Shown here one piece after another: positions 37,633-49,115 of a stretch of 64,000 bases of DNA. The translations under genes and the position numbers were made by a program. Where the stretch lies: NCBI GenBank assembly GCA_950097015.1, contig CATNEN010000007.1, positions 10,292,001 through 10,356,000 on the forward strand, read 5' to 3'. The stretch's first letter is position 1. Each line of letters opens with the position of its first letter. The DNA is from Macrostomum hystrix (lineage: Eukaryota; Animalia; Platyhelminthes). The notes beneath the pieces are model-generated. The model did not search any database and was not told where the DNA came from. It saw nothing but the letters and a program-made list of their open reading frames with translations.

Positions 37633-39372
37633 GATCCGGCGTCGCCTTTTCCACCGCAGAGCCCGACAGCCGCACTGGCGGCCGCAGTCAGCGGCGGTGG
37701 CCGCAGCCGGAGACTTCGTCCGCATTCGCCGACGCCGCCGCTTTTCTGGAGCGCATCGGAGCCGGCAGCTTCAGCGACGAGGTCGAAGAGGACAGAGTGG
37801 AAGTCCAGGAGCTCGACTGCGGCGAGACGAGGCAGCAGCGGCCGCAGCGACAGCTGCGTCGACCGTCAGAGTCGCTGAGCCGCCGGCTGCGCAATTTCCT
37901 CCTGCGGCGGCCGAGTCGGCGGCAGTCGGCTTCAGACGCTTCGGTGACGATTGCGGAGGCGGAGTCGGGGAACTGCTCGGAGCTGCAGGACTATGTGTAC
38001 ACCCGCTGGGTGTTCCACAGGCGCTGGTGCGGCTCTCCGGAGCGCTCGATGTCGCACGACCATCTGCGCTGCGACGCTGCAGCTGCCACCTCCGTCACTG
38101 CGGGCGCCGCAGGGATTCGCACAGTCGCCGCTTCGTCCGTCGGCGTGGACACGGCCGGGGTGTCCCGCAACGAGGCCATGGCGGTCACCTCGGCTGGGCA
38201 GCGCTCAACGGCGATGACGAAGAGCGCCAGCGCCCGCATGGTGCGCTTCCGCTGCCCCTACGACTCCACCGGCTCCGACCAGGACTCCACGCTGGTGAGT
38301 CTGGCGAAGCTGCGGGCTAATCAATGAGGCTAATCACAGTTGGATGATGGGGATCACAGGTAGAGAATGGAGATCACAGGTAGAGAATCGGGATCACAGG
38401 TAGAGAATCGGGATCACAGGTAGAGAATGGGGATCACAGGTAGAGAATGGAGATCACAGGTAGAGAATCGGGATCACAGGTAGAGAATCGGGATCACAGG
38501 TAGAGAATGGGGATCACAGGTAGAGAATGGGGATCACAGGTAGAGAATGGGGATCACAGGTAGAGAATCGGGATCACAGGTAGAGAATGGGGATCACAGG
38601 TAGAGAATGGGGATCACAGGTAGAGAATGGGCATCACAGGTAGAGAATGGGGATCACAGGTAGAGAATGGGGATCACAGGTAGAGAATGGGGATCACAGG
38701 TAGAGAATGGGGATCACAGGTAGAGAATGGGGATCACAGTTGAAGAACTATTGCGAACTGAGAATGGAATCGACACTTTGATTTAGTCGCACAGCCGATC
38801 TCCCACAGGTGAGTCCGTACCTGACCTCCGCCTTCACCTGCCTGCCGCTGCCGCCCGGCGGCTCGGTCTCCAGCGGCTACAGCTCCGATCGGGACACCCC
38901 GCCGGTGGCGGCTGCGGCAGCGGCGGCGGCAGCGGCTTTATCGGCGTCGTCACAGCACTGGGTGACTCGCGAGGAGGACATCGACTGCCTGCTGCTGCGC
39001 CGGCCGGTCCACGCCGCAACCGCCTGCGCCGCCCGAATCGGCAGCGGCGACGACGAAGACTTCGACTTGGCAAAGCTCGACGTATCAGCATTCTTTGCCG
39101 CCGATCCGTCCGCCGACGTCTTGGCCGGGCCCTTCCTTCCGCCTCCGAGGCGGCAACTGAACGGCAGCTATCGGACCCTGCCAGCCCCGCCGCTTCCCCC
39201 GCGCTGCCAGCAGAACAGCCGGCGCCTCCCGGCTGGTGACACGCAGCGAGCCTCCGGCGCCGCATCCGTCTACTACGACCCGGTGGCGGCCGATGAGATC
39301 GACCGCCTGGTCGGCGAGGTCGTGCGCCTCGGCGGCAGCACCTGGAGACGGACAGAGCAGCGGCTGCACTGA
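37633..39372 (+). CDS. Unidentified, largely low-complexity protein; last two exons 37633-38294 and 38809-39372; 5' exon(s) not located
   Basis: Two GC-rich exon-like blocks; acceptor TTCGCAG at 37632, donor CTG|GTGAGT at 38295, acceptor CCCACAG at 38808, phase-0 join, stop at 39372. No family recognised. Confidence 0.6.
38350..38740. repeat. Intronic minisatellite, 20-bp unit, about 19 copies
   Basis: GGGATCACAGGTAGAGAAT(G/C). Confidence 0.95.
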
Positions 39373-40670
39373 ATGTCCCGCAGCCCATCCGCTAGTCATC
39401 GCAGCCAAGCGCCCAGCTCGCACCAGTCCGAGCTGACGATAAAGCTCAATAGCAATGCACCTGCACCCACAGGCACTGACAGATTTCCCCCCGCTATTTC
39501 CTTTAAAAATGCTACAAATACTGAGGCTCACACACACACACAACTGCCACGCCACTGTTTGAAGTATACTCGAAATGGCTGTACATTCTCGCATTGGATT
39601 GACCGTCTTGCAATGAGTACTCAATTATTTGTCCATGCTCATCTCGATCAGTAATTTAGCTCGGTTGCTACTTTAAGTTTTTTATTTTCTTGGACTTAAC
39701 CTATTTAAGTGATCCGGCCATGATGTGGTCTCATACGCTCGTAGTATGGCCGGACGACTGTGCGACTATCATGACACCGAAGGTGCTGAGGTCTCTACGG
39801 TAAAATCTCTGGCCTTTGCTTTTTTGCTGCCTCCACAAGTTGCCTGCTGCTATGCTAGCAAGTGAAAAAGTTGTTTGACAGAAATGCTCTGGAGAGTGGA
39901 TTGACGGAGCCCCGGTTAATTAAGCCTGCTGGAGAGGCAATGAGGGCACACCTGCGTGACGGAGGGGCGGGAAGATCCTGGCGGATTGCTCACGCAGGGG
40001 TAGGCTAGTGCGCCGACTCTTGAGCACACTCAAGTTCGCTCACTGCCTATCTCTTCTCGTCCCTCGCGCTGCTCCTTTCGCTTTTCAAAATATTGCCACG
40101 CACTTCTACGCCAAAGTGAAATAATGCGTTGAGGACAGTCGATAGCGAACTTTCCTGAGAAATTCTGAGAAAATTGGTTCGCCCCTGAGCCCGGATGAGC
40201 GGTGAGTCACCGGGTCGGAGCAGTTCGCAAATGAGAGGCCGGGTCACATGAAAATATTTCTTTCCAGCTTTTTAATGAATCAGAAAGACGAATTGCCATT
40301 GCGGGCTCGAAGATAGCGGAAGTGAGTGCCAAGCAGAACCCCACCCGCTTTTTCTACGGCAAGGGAAATTTTCGGCTTTTTATTATCGATTGAGCGCGGC
40401 GAAATCCCACCCACCCACGATGCGAGAGGGGAAAAAAACTGGGATTTGTCGTCAGCCTCGCCTGAAATCAACATTTTAGCAGCGGGAGCAGGGCGGGAGG
40501 GAGACCATGGAGATGGGAGCTTAAATTATGCAGGCAGGCCAGTGTCTCATCCAGTCAGCTGATTCAACAAGTCACTCAAACCAGCTCATTTAGCTGAATC
40601 AGTCCCTCTGTGCAACCCCTCAACTTCTTCATACAACTACATATTATGAGGGTAGCGGCTGGGTTAGCGT

Positions 40671-41000
40671 ATATCTGCGGCTGCTCCCACTGCAGTCCCA
40701 ACCCTCAGGATATCTGCGGCTGCTCCCACTGCAGTCCCAACTCCTCAGGATATCTGCGGCTGCTCCCACTGCAGTCCCAACTCCTCAGGATATCTGCGGC
40801 TGCTCCCACTGCAGTCCCAACTCCTCAGGATATCTGCGGCTGTTGCCACTGCAGTCCCAACTCCTCAGGATATCTGCGGCTGCTCCCACTGCAGTCCCAA
40901 CTCCTCAGGATATCTGCGGCTGCTCCCACTGCAGTCCAAACTCCTCAGGATATCTGCGGCTGCTCCCACTGCAGTCCCAACTCCTCAGGATATCTGCGGC
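40671..41000. repeat. Minisatellite, 40-bp unit, about 8 copies
   Basis: TATCTGCGGCTGCTCCCACTGCAGTCCCAACTCCTCAGGA. Confidence 0.95.
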
Positions 41001-41696
41001 AGCTTCAGTGTTCCAAGTTTTTCCCGACGTAAAAATTGATTTTTTAAATGATTTTTATTGCTTTCAAGCGGTTTACGAAATAACGATAAAGCGTAAATTA
41101 TTTATCGTTTGAATGTAACTCGATTGCGGATTTACACAGCTTGGGTAGATTATCAGGAATCTGTGGACCAGAGTTTATCCTGAGGATTAAGTATACTTAC
41201 AATATCGTTCAGCAATTTGCTGTTCCACTCTGTAAGCCTCTGAATTAAGGTGAGTCATGAGGCTGAAGGCGAGTAGGCAGCTGCAGGAAAATGTTTATTT
41301 CAACTACGCAAATTGACTGCGAACTGCAAGCAATAAATTGCCAAACTCAGCAGCAGCGGCAGCGCAGCCCAAATGACATAGCAGTGTATCCGAGTCGCTA
41401 ATGCTACCTTTACTCGAAGTCAGACATTATCCTGCGCAGAACAGACCAACAACCCCCATACAACTGAATGCTACACGAGCATTGCCAAGCTGTCACCCGT
41501 CTCAGCAGCTGGAAGCAGCAGATTGGAAAACTGTTCTGAGGTTCTGCAGCAGGAAAGACAACGAACAAAGTCAGCCTGTGGAGAGGATTGATTTAACACA
41601 GAATAAAAAGAAACACTCGGCAGTAAAGAGTGTATTTCAGCAGTATGAATTGAATAAATGTCCGATTTACCTGAAAATACTCCGAGTGGTTGCGAA

Positions 41697-41906
41697 TTCA
41701 AACACGGGATTTCCCTTGGATACGAGTACATATAATCTAGTCACAATTCAAACACGGGATTTCCCTTGGATACGAGTACATATAATCTAGTCACATTTCA
41801 AACACGGGATTTCCCTTGGATACGAGTACATATAATCTAGTCATATTTCAAACACGGGATTTCCCTTGCATACGAGTACATATAATCTAGTCACAATTCA
41901 AACACG
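41697..41906. repeat. Minisatellite, 50-bp unit, about 4 copies
   Basis: TTCAAACACGGGATTTCCCTTGGATACGAGTACATATAATCTAGTCACAA. Confidence 0.95.
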
Positions 41907-42388
41907 ATACTTGCGCGATAAAGCCACTGCATTTCCGTAGCAAAAGGTAATAGCAATTAAATGAAAGCTTATGACGAACTAAAAAGTGAGTAAAATATCA
42001 CCAGCTCGCACAATCAAGCAGCTTAACGGTTGAGGCGAAAATTTTCACCTTAATTCAGAATTTTTTGGATTTACAGGTAAAAAAGCTCTTAGCATGAAGG
42101 AGGATAAGGGACTCAATCTAAAATAATAATAAATCGAAAAGGAAACACAAGAGCAATGGTCATTAAAAGTGTCATGACCACTGAATGACTGAATGGATAG
42201 TCATGACCCACCGAATGACTAAAATTGATAGTCATGACCCACCGAACGACTTAAGGAAGTAAATTTCGCACGAATGAACCATCAAATTCTGCAGTCAGTG
42301 TCGGCCTCACAATTGGCCTCACGAACTCTAGAAGCGTGAGCTATGGGCTGATATACAGTGTGATAATTTTTGTCTTCTTGAAAGGACC

Positions 42389-44044
42389 TCAGTCCTGATC
42401 TCCCGTGTCCCGGAGCTCCAGGCTCTGCCGGCCATCAGAGTCAACGGCTGGCAGGCTTTGAAGGCCTTCGCAGGCTTCTTCGCTGAGGAATGAGGAGGGG
42501 GAGGGCGCCAGGCCGCAGCCGTCATCGCCGAACTGCCGGGGCAGCAGGCAGCCGGTGGCCACGTCTGGTGGCACCACTACGCGGCCCAGGCGTAGGCGCA
42601 GGAGGTTCTTGTCGACTCGGCCAGTGACGGGCGCAGCCAGCAGGGCGGCTTCCGCAGACGCCGGCTCAGCGAAGGTCACGAAACCGTAGGCGGGCAGGCA
42701 ATTCGGAGGGCGCTCCAGCCAGAGGTCGACAACGCGACCAAAAGCGCCCAAGCGATGGCGCAGGTCGGCCTCAGACATGGCGGGCGGCACATTCGCCACG
42801 TAGAGGCGCCGGTCCCAGTCTGGGCATTCGCGCGATAGCTCCATCAGCAATGCACCCCCGCTAGGCTGGTTGAACGGCCGGCTCACGCGCAGCTGCTGCC
42901 CGCCTGCGGGTGGTGAGGCCGGCGAGACCTGGCCAAGTGAGTGACTGCAACAGAGTGATGAGTGAGCGACTACCACAGAGTGACGACGAGTGAGCGACTG
43001 CCACAGAGTGACGAGTGAGCGACTGCCTCAGAGTGACAAGAAGAGTGAGTGAGAGCCAGAGAGTGACAATACGAGTGAGTGACAGTCAAAGAGTGACAAG
43101 ACGAGTGAGTGACAGCCAGAGAGTGACAAGACGAGTGAGTGACTGCTACAGAGTGACAAGACGAGTGAGTGACTGCTACAGAGTGACAAGACGAGTGAGT
43201 GACTGCCACAGAGTGACAGGACGAGTGAGTGACAGTCAAAGAGTGACAAGAAAGCCAAAAATGCCGCAGGGCAGCTCACACAGTCGGGTGCAGTTCAAAC
43301 TCTCAATAGCCAGCAGGGCGGCCTCGGGAACGTGGAAGTTGACAAATGCGAAGCCCTTGTTCTTGCTGCTGTGCATGAAGAGCCTGCCTACGAAGCTCAT
43401 CGGCCCGAACTCGGCCAGCAGGTCGGTCAGCTGGCCTTCCGTCACACCGGGAGCCAGCCGGCCGATGTACACCCGGCTGAGCAGCACAACCGAGTAGGCG
43501 CGGCTGAGCTTGCCTGGCTCCTTGTTAAAAAGGCGCAAATTTGTCTCATCTGTCTCATCTCTCCGCTGTCTTATCCCTCATCTGTCTCATCTCTCCGCTG
43601 TCTTATCTCTCGTATCTCCCCTGTCATCAATTTTGTCTTATCTCTCCCCTATCTCATATTTCGACAGTCAATGCGGCCCGCTGTCCTCTTTTAGGCTCTC
43701 TATTTGGCCCGCTAGCTAATAAGTGTGCCGACCCCTGGCCTAAGGGATACTATTTGTGCATACGGAGCGAACCAGCCAGCTTCAAACAGCGAGACTCGTA
43801 CCAGATGCGTGAGCAGGCTGCTCCGTTGCACAGCGAACCGCACGGTCTGCTGGTTGGCGAAGCGCACCGCCAGACGGCAGGCAAGCGGCGGCTTCTTCCT
43901 GGCGGCCCTCATCTGTCGAAGGGTGTCGAAGATGCCGCAGCATCTGGCAGGCTTGTCGCTGGCGCCAGATCCGGAGCCCATGGCCAGCTCGCCAACCTGA
44001 ATGAAGGAGCTGGCGGCTTCCGGACCAGCTGGCTGCGGCTGCAT
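42389..44044 (-). CDS. Divergent PUF60/half-pint-like protein with two RRMs; exons about 44044-43802, about 43521-43280, 42903-42389
   Basis: RRM1 SRVYIGRL...KNKGFAFVNFHVPEAALLAIESLN; the splice 43279-42904 gives RLCGQQLRVSRPFN; RRM2 RRLYVANV...YGFVTF...LRLGRVVVPP. These parallel PUF60 ([60 protein letters not shown]). First intron boundaries are less certain. Confidence 0.75.
42936..43250. repeat. Intronic minisatellite, 30-bp unit, about 10 degenerate copies
   Basis: GAGTGACAAGACGAGTGAGTGACTGCTACA. Confidence 0.9.
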
Positions 44045-44723
44045 GCCAGCTGCGGGACCTGAAGATGCGAGGAAAAGTGCAACTCAATGGGTCACTTTAA
44101 AAGTACACGAAGATGAATTCCGACGAAAAGTACATTCAGCGCTAGCTAAGCTTCTCGACCTGATCGAAAAGAACTCAGTCTCATTAGCTTACAGATGATC
44201 ACTAATAGCTTTTTGAGCAAATAAATGAGCAATCGGTAAGTCAGCTCGAGCAGCAATCTGATCATAATTTCCAAGAAATTGAACGCACTGACAACGCTTA
44301 ATGGCGTTGCAGCTCAGGGCTTATATTTACATTCTTTCTAAGAGCCTTAGATCGCTAATAATATTATGAGAATACAGCAATATTGGGTGCATACTAACAG
44401 CAGTAGTATAGGTGGAGTACAAAATGGCTAAAACATAAAACACAAAAATAACAAGTGATACACGTCCGCGATCAAGGGAGTAGAGACAGATGGCCGATGC
44501 GCTAAATTAGACAGGCATGGCTTAACATTAACACAACAGAAAAATGCCAAATTTAATAGACAACTGCCGACTGCATGTGAAATGCAAGTTACACTTTGCA
44601 CTGGTGCATCCATTGCAAGCAGAATAGGACAGCAGAAATACACTACAGAGAATCCACACTGAGCTGCAGAGTAAGAAGCAAAAACTGACTGCAGTTTTCA
44701 GTACTCAGAGCGGCCGCAGCGGC

Positions 44724-47700
44724 TCAGGCGCCGACCTCGACTTCAATGTCGGACCCTTCCTCTTCCTCGATCTCCGAGTCGGATAGCGGCACCATCTGGC
44801 TGTGCGGGTGGTGGTGGTGGCCGATGCCGCCGACCACGGCTGATGGGATCGCCTGGATGATCTGCGGGATTCCAGCGCCGGCTGCGGCGACCGCGGCGCC
44901 AGCGGCGGCGGCCTCCAACTTGCGCTGGGCGTGGACGGACTCGAAGTCCGGGACAACGGCGTCGCGGCGCTCGTAGAGGGCGTTGACGAAGAAACGCAGC
45001 GAGGGCGGGACGCACTCGATGATGTCATCGACCGGCTCGTTGTTGGTTGCCAGCTGGTAGCCGAGGGAGCGCAGCACGGCGGTGTCGTCGGACATCTCGA
45101 AAGTGTGGTCGAAGGTGAACAGGTACTCCAGCTTGTCCTTGGTGATGTTGCAGTCGGTGACGGTGTTTGGCGGGCAGGAGATCACAAGGAAGGGCAGGTG
45201 TAGCAGGGAGGCCTTGGGCGCCGGGCCGTACATTTGCTCATTCTCGCGGTTTCGCTTCACCAGCTGCTTGAAGGCGATCAGCTGGCAGACCTGCAGCAGC
45301 GGGAGGTGCAAGGAATATCAATAATCTATGAGACTTCTGGTGATGCTTGGAAGACTGGGGAGCTGACTTACCTTCTCGGAGATCTCGTTGGCCTTCTCGC
45401 GAATTCGCTTGAGCCGCTCCTCGCGCTCCTCCTGCAGCTTGCGGCACTGCACAATGGCGTTGAGCGGCATGCCGACCCAGTTGATCTCTTTGTTGTCGCG
45501 CCGGATGACACCCATGGCTAAAAGTACATTTAGCGTGTCGTACGCACGCCGGCGGATGTTCTTCTGGTGGTAGATCAGCTGGTCCTGCGGCATGAGCGGG
45601 TGCTCGGCCGCGAACTCCTGCACAAGCTCGTCGGCCACCTCGTAGTAGGAGGTGATGCTCTTGTTCTGCAGCTTGTCCACCACGGCGCCAGCGTACTTCC
45701 GCAGGCCGGAGCCGCCGCGGGCGCCAGAGCCAGTGTAGTCGTCGTCGTCCATCCAGTCGTCCGCCGTGCCGCGCGCGGCGGCGCCCTGCCTGGTGACGCT
45801 AGCGAAGCTCAGGCCGCCGCGCACCAGCGGCGAGGCCTTCGCTTTGGCGTCCAACAGGAAGGCCCTGGTTGGCGTGCCGCCGACGCCAAGTGGCTCTAGG
45901 CGCTTCCGCTGCTGCTGCGGTTGCTGCTGCATTGGAAGACTGCGTACCTGTTGGGTATGAAAGCAATATTTAAAATGAGCCTGCTAAGGGGGTGAGTGGC
46001 AGAGCGGTTAATGCGTCGCCTCTCGCACAAGGTCACTGAGCTCGATTCCAAGGCGAGAAGGCTTGGGGATTGTAGTGCAATTTACGCCCATGAGGGCTAA
46101 CCTACAAGGCACAGTAAAGTTACACTGCCTGTCAGGGCAGATGTACACTCCCTGTGTGAGTGTGTCTGCGCAAAGCATCTGTGCGCATGTGTGCTCAGGA
46201 GTCAGCGAAATGGGCAGAACTGCCTCCTCGCTGGCTGTGTGTCTAGTGTCACCAAATTATGTGCCACTGCTTGCAGCCATTAAACTTCTAATGAGCCTGC
46301 TGCATGAAGATTAGCCTGCAAACCGGCACCAAAGACCACAATGTTCTGCCAACCTGAATGATCCGCTGAGCTCCGGAAGCCGTGATGACACGCAGAGTCT
46401 GGCCCGAGCCCTGCTGCGTCCCGGTGCCAACCTGCCGGATGATCTGCTGCTGGTGATGCTGCTGAGTCCTGGGCGGCAGCGTAATGATCTTGATGCTGCC
46501 AGCACCAGACTGCTGGCCCGTGCTCAGCTTCTGCACCGGCAGGCGGATGACGCGCACCGGCTGCTGTTTCACGCCGCCACCAGCGAAGTCACCGCTGGCG
46601 ATTAGCCCGCCGACGCCACCGGACTGCGCCGCGGAAGTAGTTGTCTGGATGCGGATCACCCGGGGCTGGGACGAGGCGGCCGTTGGATGCACCTGCGGGG
46701 TTAAGAAGTTTGGGATCTGATGTTAGTGGCGAAGTGGGTTTCGGGTTTAGGATAATATAAGGTGGCAGACAGAAGGCTCAGGATGATAGTGAGCCGACAG
46801 ACTGAAGGTTCAGGATATTAGTGAGCCGACAGACTGAAGGTTCAGGATATTAGTGAGCCGACAGACTGAAGGTTCAGGATATTAGTGAGCCGACAGACTG
46901 AAGGTTCAGGATATTAGTGAGCCGACAGACTGAAGGTTCAGGATATTAGTGAGCCGACAGACTGAAGGTTCAGGATATTAGTGAGCCGACAGACTGAAGG
47001 TTCAGGATATTAGTGAGCCGACAGACTGAAGGTTCAGGATATTAGTGAGCCGACAGACTGAAGGTTCAGGATATTAGTGAGCCGACAGACTGAAGGTTCA
47101 GGATATTAGTGAGCCGACAGACTGAAGGTTCAGGATATTAGTGAGCCGACAGACTGAAGGTTCAGGATAATAGCTGACAGACTGAAGGTTCAGGATAATA
47201 GCTGACAGACTGAAGGTTCAGGATAATAGCTGACAGACTGAAGGCTCAGGATAATAGCTGACAGACTGAAGGTTCAGGATAATAGCTGACAGACTGAAGG
47301 TTCAGGATAATAGCTAAAAGACTGAAGGTTCAGGATTATACCCGACAGACTGAAGGTTCAGGATTATACCCGACAGACTGAAGGTTCAGGATTATACGCG
47401 ACAGACTGAAGGTTCAGGATAATAGCCGACAGACTGAAAGTTCAGGATAATAGCTGACAGACTGAAGGTTCAGGATAATAGTGAGCTGACAGACTGAAGG
47501 TTCAGGATAATAGCTGACAGACTGAAGGTTCAGGATAATAGCCGACAGACTGAAAGTTCAGGATAATAGCTGACAGACTGAAGGTTCAGGATAATAGCCG
47601 AAAGAGTTAAGGGTCAGGATAATAGTGAGCTGACAGACTGAAGGTTCAGGATAATAGTGAGCTGACAGACTGAAGGTTCAGGATAATAGCCGAAAGAGTT

Positions 47701-48106
47701 AAGGCTCAGGATAATAGTGAGCTGACAGACAGAGTATGCAGAATAATTTTGAACACACGGACTGAATGTTGACTAGAATAGCCAACAGACTGAAGGGGTA
47801 TGCATTCAGAGCTACAAGCCGAAAGCAGAAAGCCTTCGAAAACATTCTCTAATTAGCTGTTAGTAAAGATTTACTATAAATCAAGAGAATCAGCTGACCT
47901 GAATGACAGTCGGCTGTCGGGGGGCCTCGCCGCGAGCCAGCTGCTCTCTCGGCTCAGTCGCCGTCGCCTCCCGTTTGATGTGGCCGCCGCCAGAGCCCTC
48001 CAACTGAGCATAGGCCGCAGCCGCCTCCTCAGCCGCGCTGCCGACAACAACCTCTTCAGCTACGTCCGACTCCATGAAGTCGAGCGACTCAACATCCACG
48101 TCCATG
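44724..48106 (-). CDS. TFDP: Transcription factor DP (E2F dimerisation partner); exons 48106-47899, 46692-46354, 45947-45372, 45290-44724
   Basis: TSYYEVADELVQEF, QKNIRRRAYDTLNVLLAMGVI..NKEINWVGMP, QLIAFKQLVKRNR, LHLPFLVI, DCNITKDKLEYLFTFDHTFEMSDD are DP DNA-binding and dimerisation domain motifs; phase-0 GT-AG introns. Confidence 0.92.
45988..46290 (+). mobile_element. tRNA-derived SINE in DP intron 2
   Basis: A-box TGGCAGAGCGG and degenerate B-box GCTCGATTCC; body homologous to 63792-64000. Confidence 0.7.
46789..47730. repeat. Intronic minisatellite, 32-bp unit switching to 28-bp unit near 47160
   Basis: GACAGACTGAAGGTTCAGGATATTAGTGAGCC, then GACAGACTGAAGGTTCAGGATAATAGCT. Confidence 0.95.
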
Positions 48107-48319
48107 GCGCCCACCTTAAGCTGCAATTTGGAAAGAAGGGAACTGGTAGAGATGATGCCATCAGAGACTATTTTTTCTATATTTTTTCTATTTATATCTT
48201 CTCAAGCTTACATGCTTGAGAAACATGAGAATGATGCCTTTCATAGCACTGCCACACAAATTATTGGGATCGGCAAGGTGCTTAATATAGGGCCCACGAC
48301 TAATGTGCATTACCTGTAC

Positions 48320-49115
48320 AGGCCATAAAAAACTAACAAAAAATTAAACAGTTACCAATTTGGTAAAATCATTACTGTTTTGCTATCTTACTTTCTTGTG
48401 TTACTGTGGGCTAATAACAAAAATGATAGTAACAAGTTGTTACCAACATTGTGCATTTCCTGTTACCTGTTTTTATTACTAGTTACTGAAAAACAATATT
48501 ATAAGTAATTAGTAGCACAAAAAATATTTTTTGCTACATTAAAAACCTTTAAATTGTATATATTTTTTAAAATAAAAAATAAAAAAGATTAAATATACAT
48601 AATTAGCAACTATTTATTCTGATTTCTTTGTTTCATTTTGATACATTTTGTAATCAATTGATTAGAAGCTTTTTGTTTTTGTTGCAAACTCCAAATTTAA
48701 CAAAATATTTATTCGTCAATTAATAAACTGTCTATAGCCTGTTAGTTAACTCTAATGACAATTTTATATAGTCATAAATCATAAATATTATTGGTCTAAT
48801 CTAAAATTTTCATGTCACCTCATGGCTACTTAACCAAGGCAAAGCCCAAAATGGTCAAGATCATTATAACAATAGAGTCTAAAATCTAGACTAAGGTGTA
48901 GATAATTTGATTTGAGTAAGGGCCTAATGAATTATAAAATATAAACAAAGCCAAATGTATTTATAACTTATATTAAAAACCTGCAAAAGAAAAAAAGAAA
49001 GTAACAGTTAAAAGTAATAGCCATACTGTTTTTTGACATTCATATTTACCTATTTTTTCATTACCAAATGGTCAGTAATGATTGTTACCACCATTGCTGT
49101 TACTTTTTTGGCAAG
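48320..49115. mobile_element. Possible degenerate MITE
   Basis: Inverted match TGGTAAAATCATTACTG (48361) versus CAGTAATGATTGTTACCA (49073); many GTTAC/GTAAC motifs; ends uncertain. Confidence 0.3.

Noticed and set aside
39713-39792. Hairpin TCCGGCCAT...ATGGCCGGA with C/D-box-like words
   Set aside because: Imperfect C box, no ribozyme core, no intronic host context; insufficient for an ncRNA call
45988-46050. Possible tRNA gene
   Set aside because: Cloverleaf stems do not pair and the B-box is degenerate; better explained as a SINE head
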